From: Dimorphilus gyrociliatus
Lineage: Eukaryota > Animalia > Annelida
DNA: 64,000 nt
Reading direction: 5' to 3'
NCBI GenBank assembly: GCA_904063045.1
Contig: CAJFCJ010000040.1
Coordinates: forward strand, 65,503-129,502
Made by a program: the position numbers and the translations under genes. Positions 1 to 12,403 of the stretch are shown here, piece after piece; the first letter of the stretch is position 1; each line of letters starts with the position of its first letter. Under the pieces are notes generated by a model. It had not been told where the DNA came from. It made no database searches and saw only the letters and a list, made by a program, of their open reading frames with translations.

Positions 1-95
1 CAAAAAAAAAAAATATTCAATAAAATAGGTTTTCAAGGAATCCCAATATTCTATATTTCATAAAATGTTCAAGTAAACAAGGTAACTAAATAAAC

Positions 96-3000
96 ATGAA
101 AACAAAATTTCTATATTTCTGTCTTTATTTTCTTTTTGTTTGTCTTATCAAGTAATAGATTGTAAAGAGCCTAATTCATACATTTTATATGATGTATGCT
201 ATTTTATCTTTGAAAATATCAATTCTTTATCAATCAGTGAAATTGAAAGGAAATGCAAAATTGATAATCTAACTCTAACTGATATTCCATCGTCAAATTA
301 TTTATTCATTTTTCGTTATTTACTTATTAAAATAAAACAGAGTTTTGGATATGTTTACCAGTTTCCTAATAGTTTGTTTGTTTGTTTGTCACTTGAAAAT
401 TCTACTATCGAACTAAACTCTAAATAGGAGTCTTTCTGAAAGAAATTTCGCATAAGAAACCGAAGGATAAATATTCAAAAAATGATCAATCAATTGAAGT
501 ATCTTTGAGTAATAATCCAATCTCATACAAATCTACAAGTCATTTATTCAATAACAAGGCAAATAGAAATTTTATATACGACTATAGGCCTACCTTAATT
601 AATAATTGTATTTTTAGAATTGCAAATTAAAGCTAGACTTTCTCGAATTTATCTTCAACAATAAAGATTCTTCTGACTATAAATTAATAACAGAATATCC
701 TCTTGGATGTATTACCTTCAACTACTTGAAAAGAAGAGATAATTGGATTGAAATGCAAATAGTTAGATGTAGTTTTTGGACTAAATTTTACATTTGCCAT
801 AAACAACCAAGTAACTATTTTTTTTGGATACGACAGAAAATGTCCCCAAATTCATGGTTTAACCCTAACCCTAACCTAGCCCTTGTCTCTCTCTAACCTT
901 TTTGATTACCCCTAACCCTAAGATGGAACCCCCCCCCCCCTAACTACAAATCAAAAGCTACTTTACTCCTGCTAACCATTTTTCAATCCGAAATCTTGCT
1001 TTCAAAAAACTCACTTGGGGACGTTTTCTGTCGACCCTATTTTTTTTTCTTAGTTTTTATTCCTCTTTCTTTTAACTAGAAGTTAAACATTACAATGACC
1101 TAATTAAGAATTTGATGATAAATGACTTAAAAACTTGCCCCAAAAATACATTTGAATGTAAACATGATGGAATTTGTATATCAAATATTTTTGTCTGCGA
1201 TGGAAAAATTGACTGTCAATTAGAAGAGGATGATGAAAAAGATTGTATTGATAGTGAACTTGAAGAATTTCAAGAATTTCAATGTTTCAATTCCTCTGTG
1301 AAAATAAATTATAAACTGGTTTGTAATTTTATTAAAAATTGTCCAAATGGTGAAGATGAGAATGGATGTCAAAGGGCAAGTTGTAAACAAAATTATAGGT
1401 AACCTAACCTATAAGCATTTTCCATAATCTATAAAAGATGATTGATTGCCTAAAATCTTTTATTAGCACCTGTGAAAATGGCCAATGTATTTTAAGTAGT
1501 GAATTTGGAGATGGTGAAAGAAATTGTTTTGATAAAAGTGATGAAAATGAAATACATTTGAGAAAATTATCTCGAGAAAGTATCATAATGTTTTTGTTTT
1601 CAAGCTCAATTTGTTGAACCTTTTGTGTTGTTTTTTTCTTTCTTTTCCTTAAATAGAATGAAGATTTTTGCAATAAAAAAATATTACTTGATGCCTTTGT
1701 TTGTGATTTTAGAAAAGATTGTATCAATAATATTGATGAAGGTTATTGTAATGGAAATCTTAATGCTACAGTCAAGAAGTCAATTTGCCCTATGGAAAAT
1801 ACCAAACACCGATGTAGAATTGTGTACGATTCAATGGGCAATTTCAGGACTAAATCACATTTTCCTTATGATGAACTTTTATTCTGTAATCAGTTAAATT
1901 GTCGCCAGGGAGAATATCTATGTCATTTTGAAAAAATATGTATATCAATTCAACAATTCTGCGATGGTGTTAATCATTGTTTCCATGGAGACGATGAGCT
2001 ATTCTGTGGTATTTATTTTTTATACGAATATTTTTAACAGTAGGATCATTTTTTTTTATTTCGCCAGAGCATTTCAAACCACCTGGCCTATTTAAATGTA
2101 ACAATGAAAATTTATATTTATTACTGGAAAAAGTATGCAACGGCATTGTAGACTGTTTGCTGGGTAGTGACGAATTTCTTTGTCATTCAAAATTATCTCG
2201 AATTGGCAATGATTATTGTATTGAGCAGTATTCCCACCATTTACAATGTAAAAGTTTGATAAAGGGAATTGGGAAGAATGAAAAAGTTGTAATTAACAAT
2301 TACGTACGAGTCGTTACGATAGATGGATCATTACGTTTAAATACAAAGAGATTTAAATATTTGAAAGTAACACTATTACACATTGAAAATTGTATTAATA
2401 TTAATGATTTCAAGCTTGATAGTTTTCCAAATGTGGTTGTTGTTATATTAAAAAAAAATTCCATTTTTCATTTAACCAAAAATGATAATGATGATGATGA
2501 TAATGTTCAATTCTCTCCTTTTTTACAATATTTTGATATTTCATTCAATCCAATCAAAAATTTAACTAGCCTTTTGTTAAATTTCCAAACAAATTCACTA
2601 AGATATCTAGATATTTCTTATACAAAAATTTCAATTCTAAAATTGATTGATTCTCAAACTTTCAATAATTTAAAAATATTCAAATTAGTTAAATGTTCCA
2701 TTACAATAATTGAAAAGAATTTCTTTAAGCGTTTAAACGAATTAAACGAACTTTATATGAATTCTACAAAATTTCCTTTAAAACATTCAAAAGAGATTGT
2801 AAAACATTTACAAAAAATTAACAAAATATTTTCTACCAGTTTTAATTTATGCTGTTTAATATGGAAATATATAAATATTGAAGTTATTTGCAAACCGTCT
2901 TCGTCACAATTTCAAATTTGTTCCGATCTTTTGGCAACAAAAACAATTCGAATTTTGTTTTGGATTTACGGTTGTAGTGGCTTCCTGGCAAATTTTATAG

Positions 3001-3960
3001 CATTAATCATACAATTAGCTTATCACAAAGCCTTCGTATCCTATCAAACAACACTGATAGTTGGTGACGTTTTTATAAGCATCTACATTCTAACAATTGC
3101 AATAGTTGACATCTACTACGCGAATCGTTTTCTCGATGAAGAATACAATTGGAGATACGGATACGTTTGCAGTAGTTTTGGAAGTCTTTCGTCCTTTGCG
3201 GTACTATTGTCATCAAGTAGCCTTTTATTGTTAACAATTGAGAAATTATCCGTAATAACTTCGCTGAGAAAGAGTTCAGTGTTGCTGGTGAAAAGGAAGG
3301 CTTGGTTTTGCGGAGGAAATATAATAATTTCACTGTTATTGGCATCTCTTCCAAATCTTTTATATAGTGTAAATATTAAAAATAGATTTTAATTCTAAAG
3401 AATCCAGGGACTTGATTAGGGTTAGGGTTAGGGTAAAACCAACAACAACATAAACTTTCCCTTTTCAGAATTATTTTTCAAAAACTCCAATGTGTTTTAA
3501 TATTTTTATTAGAAAAGAAATATTTGAAGGATGGTTTCTATCTTTTATCTATTTTGGAGTTTTCCTATTTCTATACAATACTATAATTCTAATTTGTTAT
3601 ATTTCAATTATTCTCTTTGTAAGAAAATCAAGATTGAAATTAAAGAACATGTTGAAAACTGAAAGTATTAATACAAGATTATCAAAAAGTATCCTTATCA
3701 TAATATTTACAAATATAATTTGTTGGATGCCATTTTCTTTACTAGGCCTATTGGCTATATTTATAGATTTAAATATTAAGAATAACGTATATTTCTTAAT
3801 ATTTATTGTCTTTTTACCATTAAATTCTGTTGTAAATCCTTGTATTTTTACATTTTATTGCTACATTGAATATAGGAATATTTCTAAACTGCAAAAGCAA
3901 CAGCAAAGGTATTATATGAATTTTTTATTAGCTTTTATGTTATATTTCCAATCATTTCTA
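96..3960 (+). CDS. GRL101/LGR-like receptor (signal, C-type-lectin-like region, LDLa repeats, LRRs, rhodopsin-type 7TM); multi-exon, N-terminal part frameshifted
   Basis: ATG at 96 gives a signal-like MKTKFLYFCLYFLF that joins ORF 140 with a 1-nt shift. Several LDLa motifs (e.g. CDGKIDCQLEEDDEKDC, CDGVNHCFHGDDELFC). LRRs (LQYFDISFNPI, LRYLDISYTKI). TM3 with Cys and EKL in place of E/DRY, TM6 CWMP, TM7 PLNSVVNP. 3' end uncertain. Confidence 0.85.
826..1037 (+). mobile_element. MITE (~210 bp) with TIRs and internal degenerate CCCTAA repeats
   Basis: CGACAGAAAATGTCCCCAA at the left end and TTGGGGACGTTTTCTGTCG at the right end are inverted repeats with 1 mismatch; both flanks are TA(T)8-9. Confidence 0.85.
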
Positions 3961-4800
3961 TTAAGGAAACTTCGTAATGAACAGAATATGTTGCATTTAA
4001 GATCTTATAGTATCTATTTTATTTTATATATTTTGTATACAGTTTCATTCTATTCATTCTCTATTCTCATTCATCAAACAGTGGCATCTTTCATTAATGA
4101 ATCTTTACAAAATCACATCTTTCCAAATATAATAATTAATGACTACAAAAGCGTTCAATCTCAATCTCATCTTATAATCTATAATGCTTGGCAACTTTTC
4201 AAATTATTCAAAACTACTATTCAATCTATTCAATTCCTGTCAGAGAGATTGTTTTGTTTTGAAGGAGAATTGGGAATCAATCAAATATGGATTAATGTAT
4301 ACAATTCTATATTTTATCATTTGTAATAATAACTGTCTCATAAACACCCTATTTCTTTTCATAGATCAAGACCGGAGAGTATTTTGTTGCAATTGCAAAA
4401 GTAAATGATTTTACTATAGAAAATCATCAAAACAATATCTTCAAGTTTGGAATGTTTTTGAGGAAATGCCTTCAGAAACGGACAGTTATTGGAAAACAAT
4501 TGAGATATCAGTGAAATGGAAATTTTTTCCAACTGTAAAATAGAGTTTAAAGTTTAGCAGCTGTCTTTAATCTCATTAATGTTGTTTTCCATTGTTCAGA
4601 GAATATACATCAAATTTAATTATTGTAAAACTACTCTATGAGTACCATCTTTTATGTTTCCTAGACAAAGTCTTCATCTCATTTAGATACACTTTCCTTG
4701 AATGAAAAAGTTCTGCATTTAAAAAAAAAACGCAATTATAAAGTGAAACTATTCAATTTGTATTTAAATTGAAAAATATTCAACACAAAACAATTTTTTT

Positions 4801-4883
4801 TACCAGAATTGAGGTTCGAACCCTCGCGGATATTTGTCCATTGGATCTTAAGTCCAATGCCTTAACCACTCCACCATCCTGGT
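4801..4883 (-). tRNA. trnL-UAA: tRNA-Leu(UAA), probably degenerate or a pseudogene
   Basis: The minus strand reads ACCAGGATGGTGGAGTGGTTAAGGCATTGGACTTAAGATCCAATGGACAAATATCCGCGAGGGTTCGAACCTCAATTCTGGTA. Acceptor and anticodon stems pair and a variable arm is present; the D-stem and T-stem carry mismatches. Confidence 0.85.
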
Positions 4884-4960
4884 TAATATAGACAAATGAT
4901 AGTTTAGATTAAAAGGTGAAGGTTAATTTTAATAAAACAATATACAAATGAACGGCAATT

Positions 4961-6544
4961 TTAACACTGCAAAATGCAACATGGATAATTTGTACAGAAA
5001 CTGGAAGTAAATGTATTAAATTTTAAAGATAACGTCTCTAAAGCAGGACAATTATTTAAAAGATAAATTAAAATTTCAAAATGGCATTCCTGTAATTTAC
5101 AACCATTAAGATTTAAATATTTTAAAGTATATTTTGAGGATAATAGGCCTAAACATATTTCATATAAATCTTCATACAAGTTTGAATTATATGAAAGGTT
5201 AATATTTTCCAAATTAGTGCATTTTTGAAAAAATCTACTGACAATAGTATTTTGAGATTTTTTATAGAAACAAGAAGAAAAATTGACATATTTAAGTTTT
5301 ATACTATTTAAACTATTGAAAATTTCTTCCATTTCTAAATCATAACCAAAATGACAATAAGAAAGATTTAAAGATTGAAGATTTTTACACTGACTAAACA
5401 AATCTGCTATTTGAATTGGAATTCTGAAACAAGTGAATTCTATATTTTCAAGTGTAAAAAATGGGTCAAGATTTCCATTATTGAAATACAATAACGTTTT
5501 GTCTATCAATGAAAGATTTTTAATTATCATACGATGCAAAAGATGGCATTCTTTCAGAATTTCTTTCAAGAAATCTATTTCCTCATTCTCCTCCTCTTCG
5601 TTAGGATACAATTGAAGAAAACATACTACTGATATAGATTTTAAATAGGTCATTGCATTTTTTAAAACAATTCGTTTTCTTTCTTCACCAAATCCTGTGC
5701 TTAGTACTGAAATTTCTCTTAATACTTTACAATTTTCTAGTAATTTGGCTAATTGGTTTAAATCGTTATCAGTTTTACATTCATTGATATATCGAGTTTT
5801 TTCAACAATTTAGCAGATACTTGAAGAGCTTTATAGAATTTTGAATATTCAAATTTCTTTGACGAATATACATACTTGAACTCTTCCAAATTGTGACAGT
5901 TATTTAATAGTTTCTCCAGTAGCATCAGCTCTTTTTCGTTTGGAATTCCTTTGAAATTCATACTTTTAATGGATTGAGAAGATTTTATTAAAGATTTTAA
6001 AAGCAATTCTCTTTCATCTAAAAAATTTCTATCAATATTTAAACTTATCTTTTCCAGTTTATCATGATTTTGTAGGAAATGTAATAGATCTTTGTAACAT
6101 TTAGATCTGATGATATCAATTCTCGCACTCAATGATCTCAAATTAGGAAATTTCAAGAGAATATTCTCACCAATATAATTACAATTTTTCCGTTTTAATT
6201 CAATAGCTGCATTGCAAATTGGAAATTCTTGAACATTTAATAAAACATCCTCAATTGTTACCTTTTCAACTGATTGATTTTTTAGAAACTTAAAACTAGA
6301 TAAATTTTTAAACCTTTTGTCAAAATGTATCATTTTTATAGCAACATTTCTTTTGAAAAATTCAAGATCCGATTCTTGAAAATTTTCTGAATATTTCATA
6401 GAATAATTAAATATTTGTTCTGCTAAACTTTTTGGTAACTTTAATCTCTTTTTTTTATTATATCATTGGTAATAATGAGATTTGAGGAGATAGATTTCGT
6501 ACGGATATAAATACTACTATAACTTGACTTTAGTAAGTCCCCAT
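4961..6544 (-). CDS. RNI-like LRR protein with putative N-terminal BC-box/Cul2-box; interrupted by 1-nt frameshifts
   Basis: ORFs 5758-6399 and 4961-5653 become continuous after a shift near 5787 (LDIS|NECKTDNDLNQLAKLLENCK...MTYLKS). LRR units such as LQSLNLSYC, LENINLSYN, LKYLNLNGC. Upstream frames give MGT(L)LKSSYSSI...LKLPKSLAEQIF. Confidence 0.75.
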
Positions 6545-6752
6545 ATTGTATTCAAGGATTAAAGTGCTATAAATAGATTTTAGAACACAGCAATTGAAAC
6601 AACATTGAAAATGCTTTTGGTTTTATTCAAAAGAATCTAAAAGGATATTTTATTAATAACCCTGACTTTTATAAAAAGTCATAAAGGAGTTCATATAAAA
6701 TAAAAGAAATCAATGATTAATAGAAACTGCACAATTGAATACATCAATAGAT

Positions 6753-8848
6753 CTAGTAGTTTAAATAACAAACTTGAACTTTATCCTGAATGAAACTATG
6801 CAATTGAATGGTAAAATAGACTTTTCCTACCAGAAAATTTGATTGTTTACAAGTGAAGATATATCTATTAAATCTATTCTCTCCTTTGGCCAACATTTTT
6901 AGATTACACGCTTCTTTTACGTCTCTATCATCTCTATTCTCAATTAATGGAAATACTTTAATATAATTTAACAGGTTGTTACTGTCAAACTTTAATACTA
7001 TTTCCGGTTGAATTATAGTTGAATGAACTGCAATTCCATTCCATTTCGATGTTTCTATTGTTGAATATTTTCTTGATATATTTAAACAAGTTGAATATGA
7101 AAAATCGTGTAGGTTTTCGCCATTTGTTTCAATACATTCTTCATTCAGTAAATACCTAATTGTTCTTCCTTCTGTTAAGAGAATAAAAATGAAGAATGAG
7201 AGAGAGAGAGAGAGAGAGAGAGACAAGTTCTTACCAATATCATAGAGCTGTAACATATGACTTTGATCTGTTAAAAGATTCTGAAATTGAATTCGAGACG
7301 CTAAAATTCCATTTGCGTTGAATGGAAAACTAATATACGTGCTGACACCATAAACTATCCCATTTCCAAATTGTAACATTCCATCATTCATTGTAATCCA
7401 AAAGTATCTCCATTCATTGCATTTTATAAATTCAATGATTTCGTTAGTGTAATAAGTTTTTGAATTGAATTTTATAAATGTTTTTTCACTGTTTGACAAT
7501 AACAATTCAAAGATGGCGTCGTTGTTAGATGAATACAATTTCAATTGAAATTGTCCACAAGTATTGCCTGTTGTATTTATTCCATATAAACCAAAAATGA
7601 AAGCTTTAAAACTGACAGAGGTAAGAGTTGAAGGCAAATGATAAAATACTGCTGTTGTATCCTTAATTGTGTATTCTTTCCTTGGTAAAACTGGAAATAT
7701 AAAGAAAACAATGAAATGATAAGATAAAGAAAAGATACTACCATCCGCAAACACTTGGAAAAGACCCAGTCCAACATTCTTTTCAACATTAGATGGTAAT
7801 TTATTTATGGTAGCTTTTACCCAGTTTTCAACAAAATCTTCAGTATAATCAAAACATCGTGGATGATTATTTATTGGAATATCTAGAATTTGAATTGAAC
7901 CAGAACTCCAATCAATTTTCAACTGGGACAAAAATTTTCCACTATCGTCCTCTCTGGAAAAGTATAAGGAAAACTGGTAAAGAATAATAACAAACAACTA
8001 AACAATGTACATGCCTATTTGCAAAGCATATAAGTTTAGGTACTGCAAAAATTTCAAAGTCGACTCGCATAAACTGCCCTACACAGTGAGGTTGAGTACA
8101 TGTTACTACCCATTGCTGATTGGGTAGAGTAAAACCGCCTGTATAATCCAATGCTTTATGACATAAATGATCTCCTTGAAAATGAACCATGCTTGCATTA
8201 CAAGTGGCACCTGATAACGTTGAAGCAATATTTGTATACATTTTGTTAGCAGTGCTTGTTCCTTTCACACTATCATAGGCAAATGCCATTATGGAAGAAA
8301 GTCCAACTCGGCTTAATGTTGATTTTTTAGGATATACTTTCATATAGTTGATACTTTTGACACTTTCATCTCTAATTAGGAAACATTCCGTAAATATATT
8401 CTTATCAAGCTTCAAGTAATAATTACTATTTGAACCAAACTGAATATCTACTCCATTTGCTTTATGATGGATATTGTGGTATGTTTGTGATAAGCAGAAT
8501 TCAACAATTTTATAATTTTTATTAAAATTAATTCTTATCATTTCATCACAATTGTCAATGCACTTGCTTACCCAGGAAAGCATATTCATCCATTGCGGTT
8601 TCAACGCGTTTTTGCATTTAAAATCCAAGCTGCGTATAGAAGTTTTAACAGAATCTTGTGTACAACTTGGCGAGTAGTCTGGATCAACAACATTTACCAA
8701 CTGCAAATCTAGACAAACATATTAACATTTCAGTGTAGATATTAAACTTTTTAATGCGAATCTTACCCAAATTATAACCATTTGCTTGCCGACAAACTGT
8801 TGAAATGATAAACAAAAATATACTGAAATGTAAATGTTGAGCTACCAT
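6753..8848 (-). CDS. Secreted multidomain protein with discoidin/F5-8C-like domains and a farnesoic-acid-O-methyltransferase-like (Methyltransf_FA) domain
   Basis: Signal exon 8848-8767 (MVAQHLHFSIFLFIISTVCRQANGYNL) with GTAAGA donor splices in frame to 8708. IKCNEWRYFWITMNDGMLQFGNG resembles the FAMeT-like domain. A (GA)n-containing intron lies near 7200. Confidence 0.65.
7198..7223. repeat. (GA)n microsatellite in an intron
   Basis: Direct reading of the sequence. Confidence 0.95.
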
Positions 8849-9272
8849 TTTGCCAACTGTTGAATTTACAGTCTAGTTGAAAGAGCATGAATTATAAAAT
8901 CAGATTATATCAATAGTTTTTTTCAATAATTCAAGAAAAAAGAGTTTCAAAACAGAAGAATGAAAGAAAAAAAATCAATACACACTTATTAATAAAACAA
9001 TAGATTATTCAGAGATTATGAATGCAATTCATAAAAACATAGCATTAATGTAATAATTCAGAAACAAAACTCTATCCGTTTCATTGCTTTTGTAAGAAAA
9101 CAGTGACTAAACAGAAGCAGCACATTCAGCTACATCTATTTTTTATTTGTCACCCTGTCAGCTGATTAACAATAGATTGATTAATCATTTTTCATTTGCA
9201 ATTCCAAAGTTAATATCAATGAAAACTTTCATTCGGTTTTGTCAAAGACTTACAAAATTATTTAGGCAAAAA

Positions 9273-9884
9273 ATGAACAAATGCGAAACCCTGTTTGTAA
9301 TTAGTAAGTTAAAGTACTGACTGCATTTAACTCTAATTAATTAAATTTGTTTTTAATATTCAAAACTTTCAGTCATAATTGTGCTATTTGGTTTGTCAGC
9401 GAAAGAGGTGTTGACTAATTTAGATTTTGAGGATGACATTGATGATGATAACAATAATGATTTGTGCACAGAAAGTTATAGAAATTGTGCTTTAAAATTG
9501 ACTGATAAATCTCACATTTTCAATATAGAAAAATCCTGTAAAATTTTGAGAGAAATGAATGTTTGCATGGCAACAGTAAAGCCCATCATCTGTCAAGTAA
9601 AAGGCCTTGCTATGGATTTAATGACAGATACAACAAATTTAATTTGTGCTCCAGGTAGTGTATTTTCTAGCTTTTATAGTATTAATCATTTGTTACTGTT
9701 TGAAGGATGCAGAAAGCATTTATCCAAACTTGATGGATTAGATACAAGATATTGTAGCATACACGATAAACAGAGAGAACAGATCAAGAAATGTGGTCTT
9801 CATCAACTGATAATTAACCCAAATGTAAATATTTTTTGTTTAAAAGGACAAACTGCTAACAAAAAGATTAGATCTCTCGTTTGA
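9273..9884 (+). CDS. Orphan secreted cysteine-rich protein (2 exons)
   Basis: Exon 9273-9303 (MNKCETLFVI), GTAAGT...TTTCAG intron 9304-9372, then in-frame IIIVLFGLSAKE, an acidic stretch and a Cys-spaced helical domain. Confidence 0.7.
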
Positions 9885-11092
9885 CTGTCACTTAAGAAGC
9901 ATCCATAACAAGTAACTGTGAATAGAGTATTTTTTGAAGATACTAACCCATTACAAATTCTCTCAAGTCCATCGCCCATTCTTGTATTGAAAGACAAATT
10001 TATGAGCTGAATTTTATAACATTTTGCCAGAAGGTATGAAATAGAATTACACTGTTGTTCAGTTAGATTACAATTATCAAAAGCTAATATTTTTAATGTA
10101 TCTGATGACTGAACAAGTCCATTGCAGATGAATTCCAACCCATACCCCATTTCTTTATTACCACTTAAATTGACTTCTTGTAATTGTGATAAATTCAGAA
10201 AAAAATTTCCCAATTCATTACATTGTATAGGAGAAAAATTACAATATCCAAAATTAAGATGTGTTAAACTGTTTGAAGATAATTTTAAACTGCAACATAC
10301 TTTATCCAGTATATCATCTTTTAAAATATTACCACTCAAGTTAATCATTTCTAAATACTGTAATTGTGCTAATAAATCAACAATAAACACCCATTGTTCC
10401 AAATTTGCAATATTAATTTGACTTAAATTTAAGCCTCTTAAAGAAGTTGATTTTCTCAACCATTGACAAATACTTAGTACTCCATCATTACTAATTCCTT
10501 TATTTTGACTTAAATCAACAACTTCTAGTTTAGAAAATTTTTCCATGATCTTTCCAAAAGCTATCCATTCCTCTCCACTAAACTGACAATTGGATAAATA
10601 CAAACTTTTTAGATTATTTGACGATGGAATAAGGCTATTCATAATTATTATTAATCCATTTGACATTCCAACATTACCGCTGAAATTTAGTTGTTTAATG
10701 GAAGAAAATTTTTCCAGTGTATTTCCGATTATTTTCCAAGAATTCTCATCTATTTGGCAATTCGTAAATATTGCACCAGACAGTATTGCTAAACCTTTAT
10801 TTATTTTATCGCATAAAACAAGAAAATTTTCACTTGAAAATTTAATGTCAAGTTTTAAAATATCTGATGGAATGTCTTTATGATCTTTACACAATTTACT
10901 AATAAATGAAATATTCTCAACAGATTCATCAGCAATACTAAATTTTATGTTTAAAATTTGCTCCTCAGTTAATTTACATTTTTCTGAACATAGATTGCAT
11001 GTTATATCATACTTATCTAAAGGCAAAGATTGGCAACATTGCAAACAATATACATGTTTGCAATGTTGTACACTTGATGCTCCACAGCCCAT
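9803..11092 (-). CDS. RNI-like LRR protein with N-terminal MGCG motif and a partial RING-like Cys/His cluster
   Basis: Uninterrupted ORF with about ten ~28-29-aa LRRs (LEVVDLSQN, LQEVNLSGNKEMG). N-terminus MGCGASSVQHCKHVYCLQCC...TCNLC. The true start may lie in an upstream exon. Confidence 0.85.
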   Translation of the reverse strand: MGCGASSVQHCKHVYCLQCCQSLPLDKYDITCNLCSEKCKLTEEQILNIKFSIADESVENISFISKLCKDHKDIPSDILKLDIKFSSENFLVLCDKINKGLAILSGAIFTNCQIDENSWKIIGNTLEKFSSIKQLNFSGNVGMSNGLIIIMNSLIPSSNNLKSLYLSNCQFSGEEWIAFGKIMEKFSKLEVVDLSQNKGISNDGVLSICQWLRKSTSLRGLNLSQINIANLEQWVFIVDLLAQLQYLEMINLSGNILKDDILDKVCCSLKLSSNSLTHLNFGYCNFSPIQCNELGNFFLNLSQLQEVNLSGNKEMGYGLEFICNGLVQSSDTLKILAFDNCNLTEQQCNSISYLLAKCYKIQLINLSFNTRMGDGLERICNGLVSSKNTLFTVTCYGCFLSDSQTRDLIFLLAVCPFKQKIFTFGLIIS

Positions 11093-11133
11093 AATAATAT
11101 TTCTTTCTTCAAGTGATATCAACAAGTTTTTTA

Positions 11134-11173
11134 ACACACACACACACACCTATATATATATATATATATATAT
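11134..11173. repeat. (AC)n(AT)n compound microsatellite
   Basis: Direct reading of the sequence. Confidence 0.95.
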
Positions 11174-11699
11174 TGCAGAATGGTTATCTGAAATCTTATC
11201 TTTGCAATTTGCAAAAATAACTAAGTTAAGGTAGTTGTGCTATGAATGAATAATGTAAAATGAATAATATTAATGTCACCACTGAGTAAACTTGTACATT
11301 AATTTAGGAAAAGGGAGATGTGTATAGGGACCAGAGAGGAGAGAAGAAAGACAATAACTTATGTCAAAGATATATTTCCTTCCTCTTTTAAAAATTCTTA
11401 ACTCTGTGATATCTTATCACAGTGATCCCCCTCAATGTAGATTAAATTAAATTTGAAAGTCTTGTTTGATCAATACTTTACAAGATAAACTATGTAGTCC
11501 AACTACTAATAGAGGATTGTTGTATCAGATGAAAAAATAGAGCACTTATATTCATTTTTTGGATTTAATGTCAATGGCAATCTCCTGTCAGATTGAAATA
11601 GTTGGAAAAGTTTCTAAAAATAGTAATTTGTTATTGAGGTGTTGAAGACTGGAGATGGAAAAATTCGGCCAGGCATTAGGCCTAACATCTTAAGATGTT

Positions 11700-12403
11700 C
11701 ATTCACTAAAACAAAAGATGTTGTTTGCTATGGAAACGAAGAATAAATCTTGAATAAGATATCCTTTTACTTCTGCTCTTTTCCGATCAGAGTTCACTGA
11801 AATTTCTCTTCTCTCTATCCAAGATAAAAGATGAATAATATTTAAAGAGAAAATATCTAATAATAGTGAAAATAGATAAATACAAGTGTAATATATTTTA
11901 ATGACGTAATTCTGTAGCAGATTTAAACTACTCAATAATGGTGTACACTAATTGAATGTGGATTATATAAACGAATACGAACTGATAGGCCAATGTATTC
12001 GACTGATAGCCCAGGAACTGTCCTATTCCGAAAATAATCAAATTCCTTTCCATGAAATGTTGAGAGGTAAAGATCTCTAAAAGTTCTTCTAGACAATCTT
12101 ATTTTGCAAGATTGTCCAAAAAGCCCTGTAAAGCAATCGCACTCTGCTCTACAATTTGACTTTTGATGTTGAATTGCACCCCAGCAGCAACTATTTTTCT
12201 TTGAACATTCATTACAAGACAAATGATTCTGCAAAATTGCAGTTTTTGCAGTTTAAAAAAATTCGTATAGAGATTATGATAATCTGTTGAAGAGTGTTTG
12301 ACTCATATTTACCTGATTTTTCTTTATATTTATACAATAAAGCCAAAGTTTCAATATGATAAGCCTTTACAATTGCTAGAATAGCAAAGGGCCATAATTT
12401 CAA
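11700..12403 (-). pseudogene. Small secreted protein with an EGF-like motif, frame-disrupted
   Basis: Signal-like MKLWPFAILAIVKA; CRAECDCFTGLFGQSC is EGF-like; the apparent splice junction is out of phase by 1 nt. Confidence 0.45.

Noticed and set aside
860-920. CCCTAA runs as a true telomere or fusion scar
   Set aside because: Only 2-4 degenerate units, always embedded in a TIR-bounded MITE.
4801-4883. Local tRNA as the primer for the Gypsy element
   Set aside because: Its 3' end would give a PBS starting TGGTACCAG, not the observed TGGCGCAGTC.
10122-11234. Plus-strand ORFs opposite the LRR gene, and similar shadow ORFs at 3073, 30821, 40200 and 61795
   Set aside because: They are antisense shadows of real coding regions with no recognisable motifs.
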